Positions 63,617 through 64,000 of a stretch of DNA of 64,000 nt are shown piece by piece. This DNA comes from Psammoneis japonica (Eukaryota). The notes beneath the pieces were generated by a model that saw only the letters and a list, made by a program, of their open reading frames with translations, had not been told where the DNA came from and ran no database searches. The translations under genes were made by a program, and so were the position numbers. The DNA lies in assembly GCA_008632985.1 (NCBI GenBank), contig QPGO01000300.1, forward strand, positions 1 to 64,000. The letters run 5' to 3'. Numbering within the stretch: position 1 is the first letter of the stretch; the number at the start of each line of letters is the position of its first letter.

Positions 63617-64000
63617 ACAAAGATGGTTTGGCTTGAGAGAAGGAGCTGCAGGTTGTGATGAGAGGTGGGTTGGCCATCGGCCATCCCAACAACATCACAC
63701 TGTGCACTGCAAGTGACGTTGGTGTTTGCAACATTCATTTTTATGTCCATCATGGTGCACCACACAAAAACACACCAACGCCACATGCCGCTTGCAATGT
63801 CAAAACAAACAATGTCAAAGACATTGTCAGGAACTGACAACAACTGTTTCAGGAAACACTTGTCAACATCAACAATGCAAAGCCAACTGGGAATGCTCTG
63901 ACTCTTTTTGCTGAACATTGGAGGTGAGTTGAAGCTGACAAGAGTGGGAAAGATCTGGGGAAGTCAGCTGGTTGTCAACCTCACTTTTGTTCTGCTGGCT

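Noticed and set aside
1..64000. Hundreds of overlapping Cys/His-rich ORFs in all six frames, suggesting metal-binding proteins or an alternative genetic code
   Set aside because: Explained by loss of TAA/TAG stops and Tyr>Cys/His conversion. The protected gene uses Tyr normally, so recoding is not needed.

Overview
Eukaryotic, transposon-dense (heterochromatin-like) region. It is most likely from a diatom or other stramenopile; this is inferred from short GT-AG introns, RRL/RGL propeptide motifs and the LINE/Gypsy types. Contents: a spliced, secreted LVIVD-repeat plus alpha/beta-hydrolase gene (frameshifted); a full-length Ty3/Gypsy element (175-bp LTRs, CCAAT TSD); an older Gypsy relic; an RNase-H-bearing LINE inserted with a 19-bp TSD inside a second LINE; two MITE families sharing a GACGYGTTCCAG terminus; a C5-cytosine methyltransferase pseudogene (DNMT4/RID-like) head-to-head with a P-loop/SF2-like pseudogene; unidentified decayed genes; and an A-T-C-T-E NRPS pseudogene. 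The dominant unexplained signal is that, over most of the window, TpA dinucleotides appear systematically converted to TpG or CpA (A>G on either strand). This turns conserved Tyr into Cys/His and removes most TAA/TAG stops. It is the reverse of fungal RIP, can be read directly from paired LTRs and paired MITE copies, and spares three islands (~760-4170, 11249-11803, ~52360-54240). Family assignments come from motif recognition by eye; no database searches were run.
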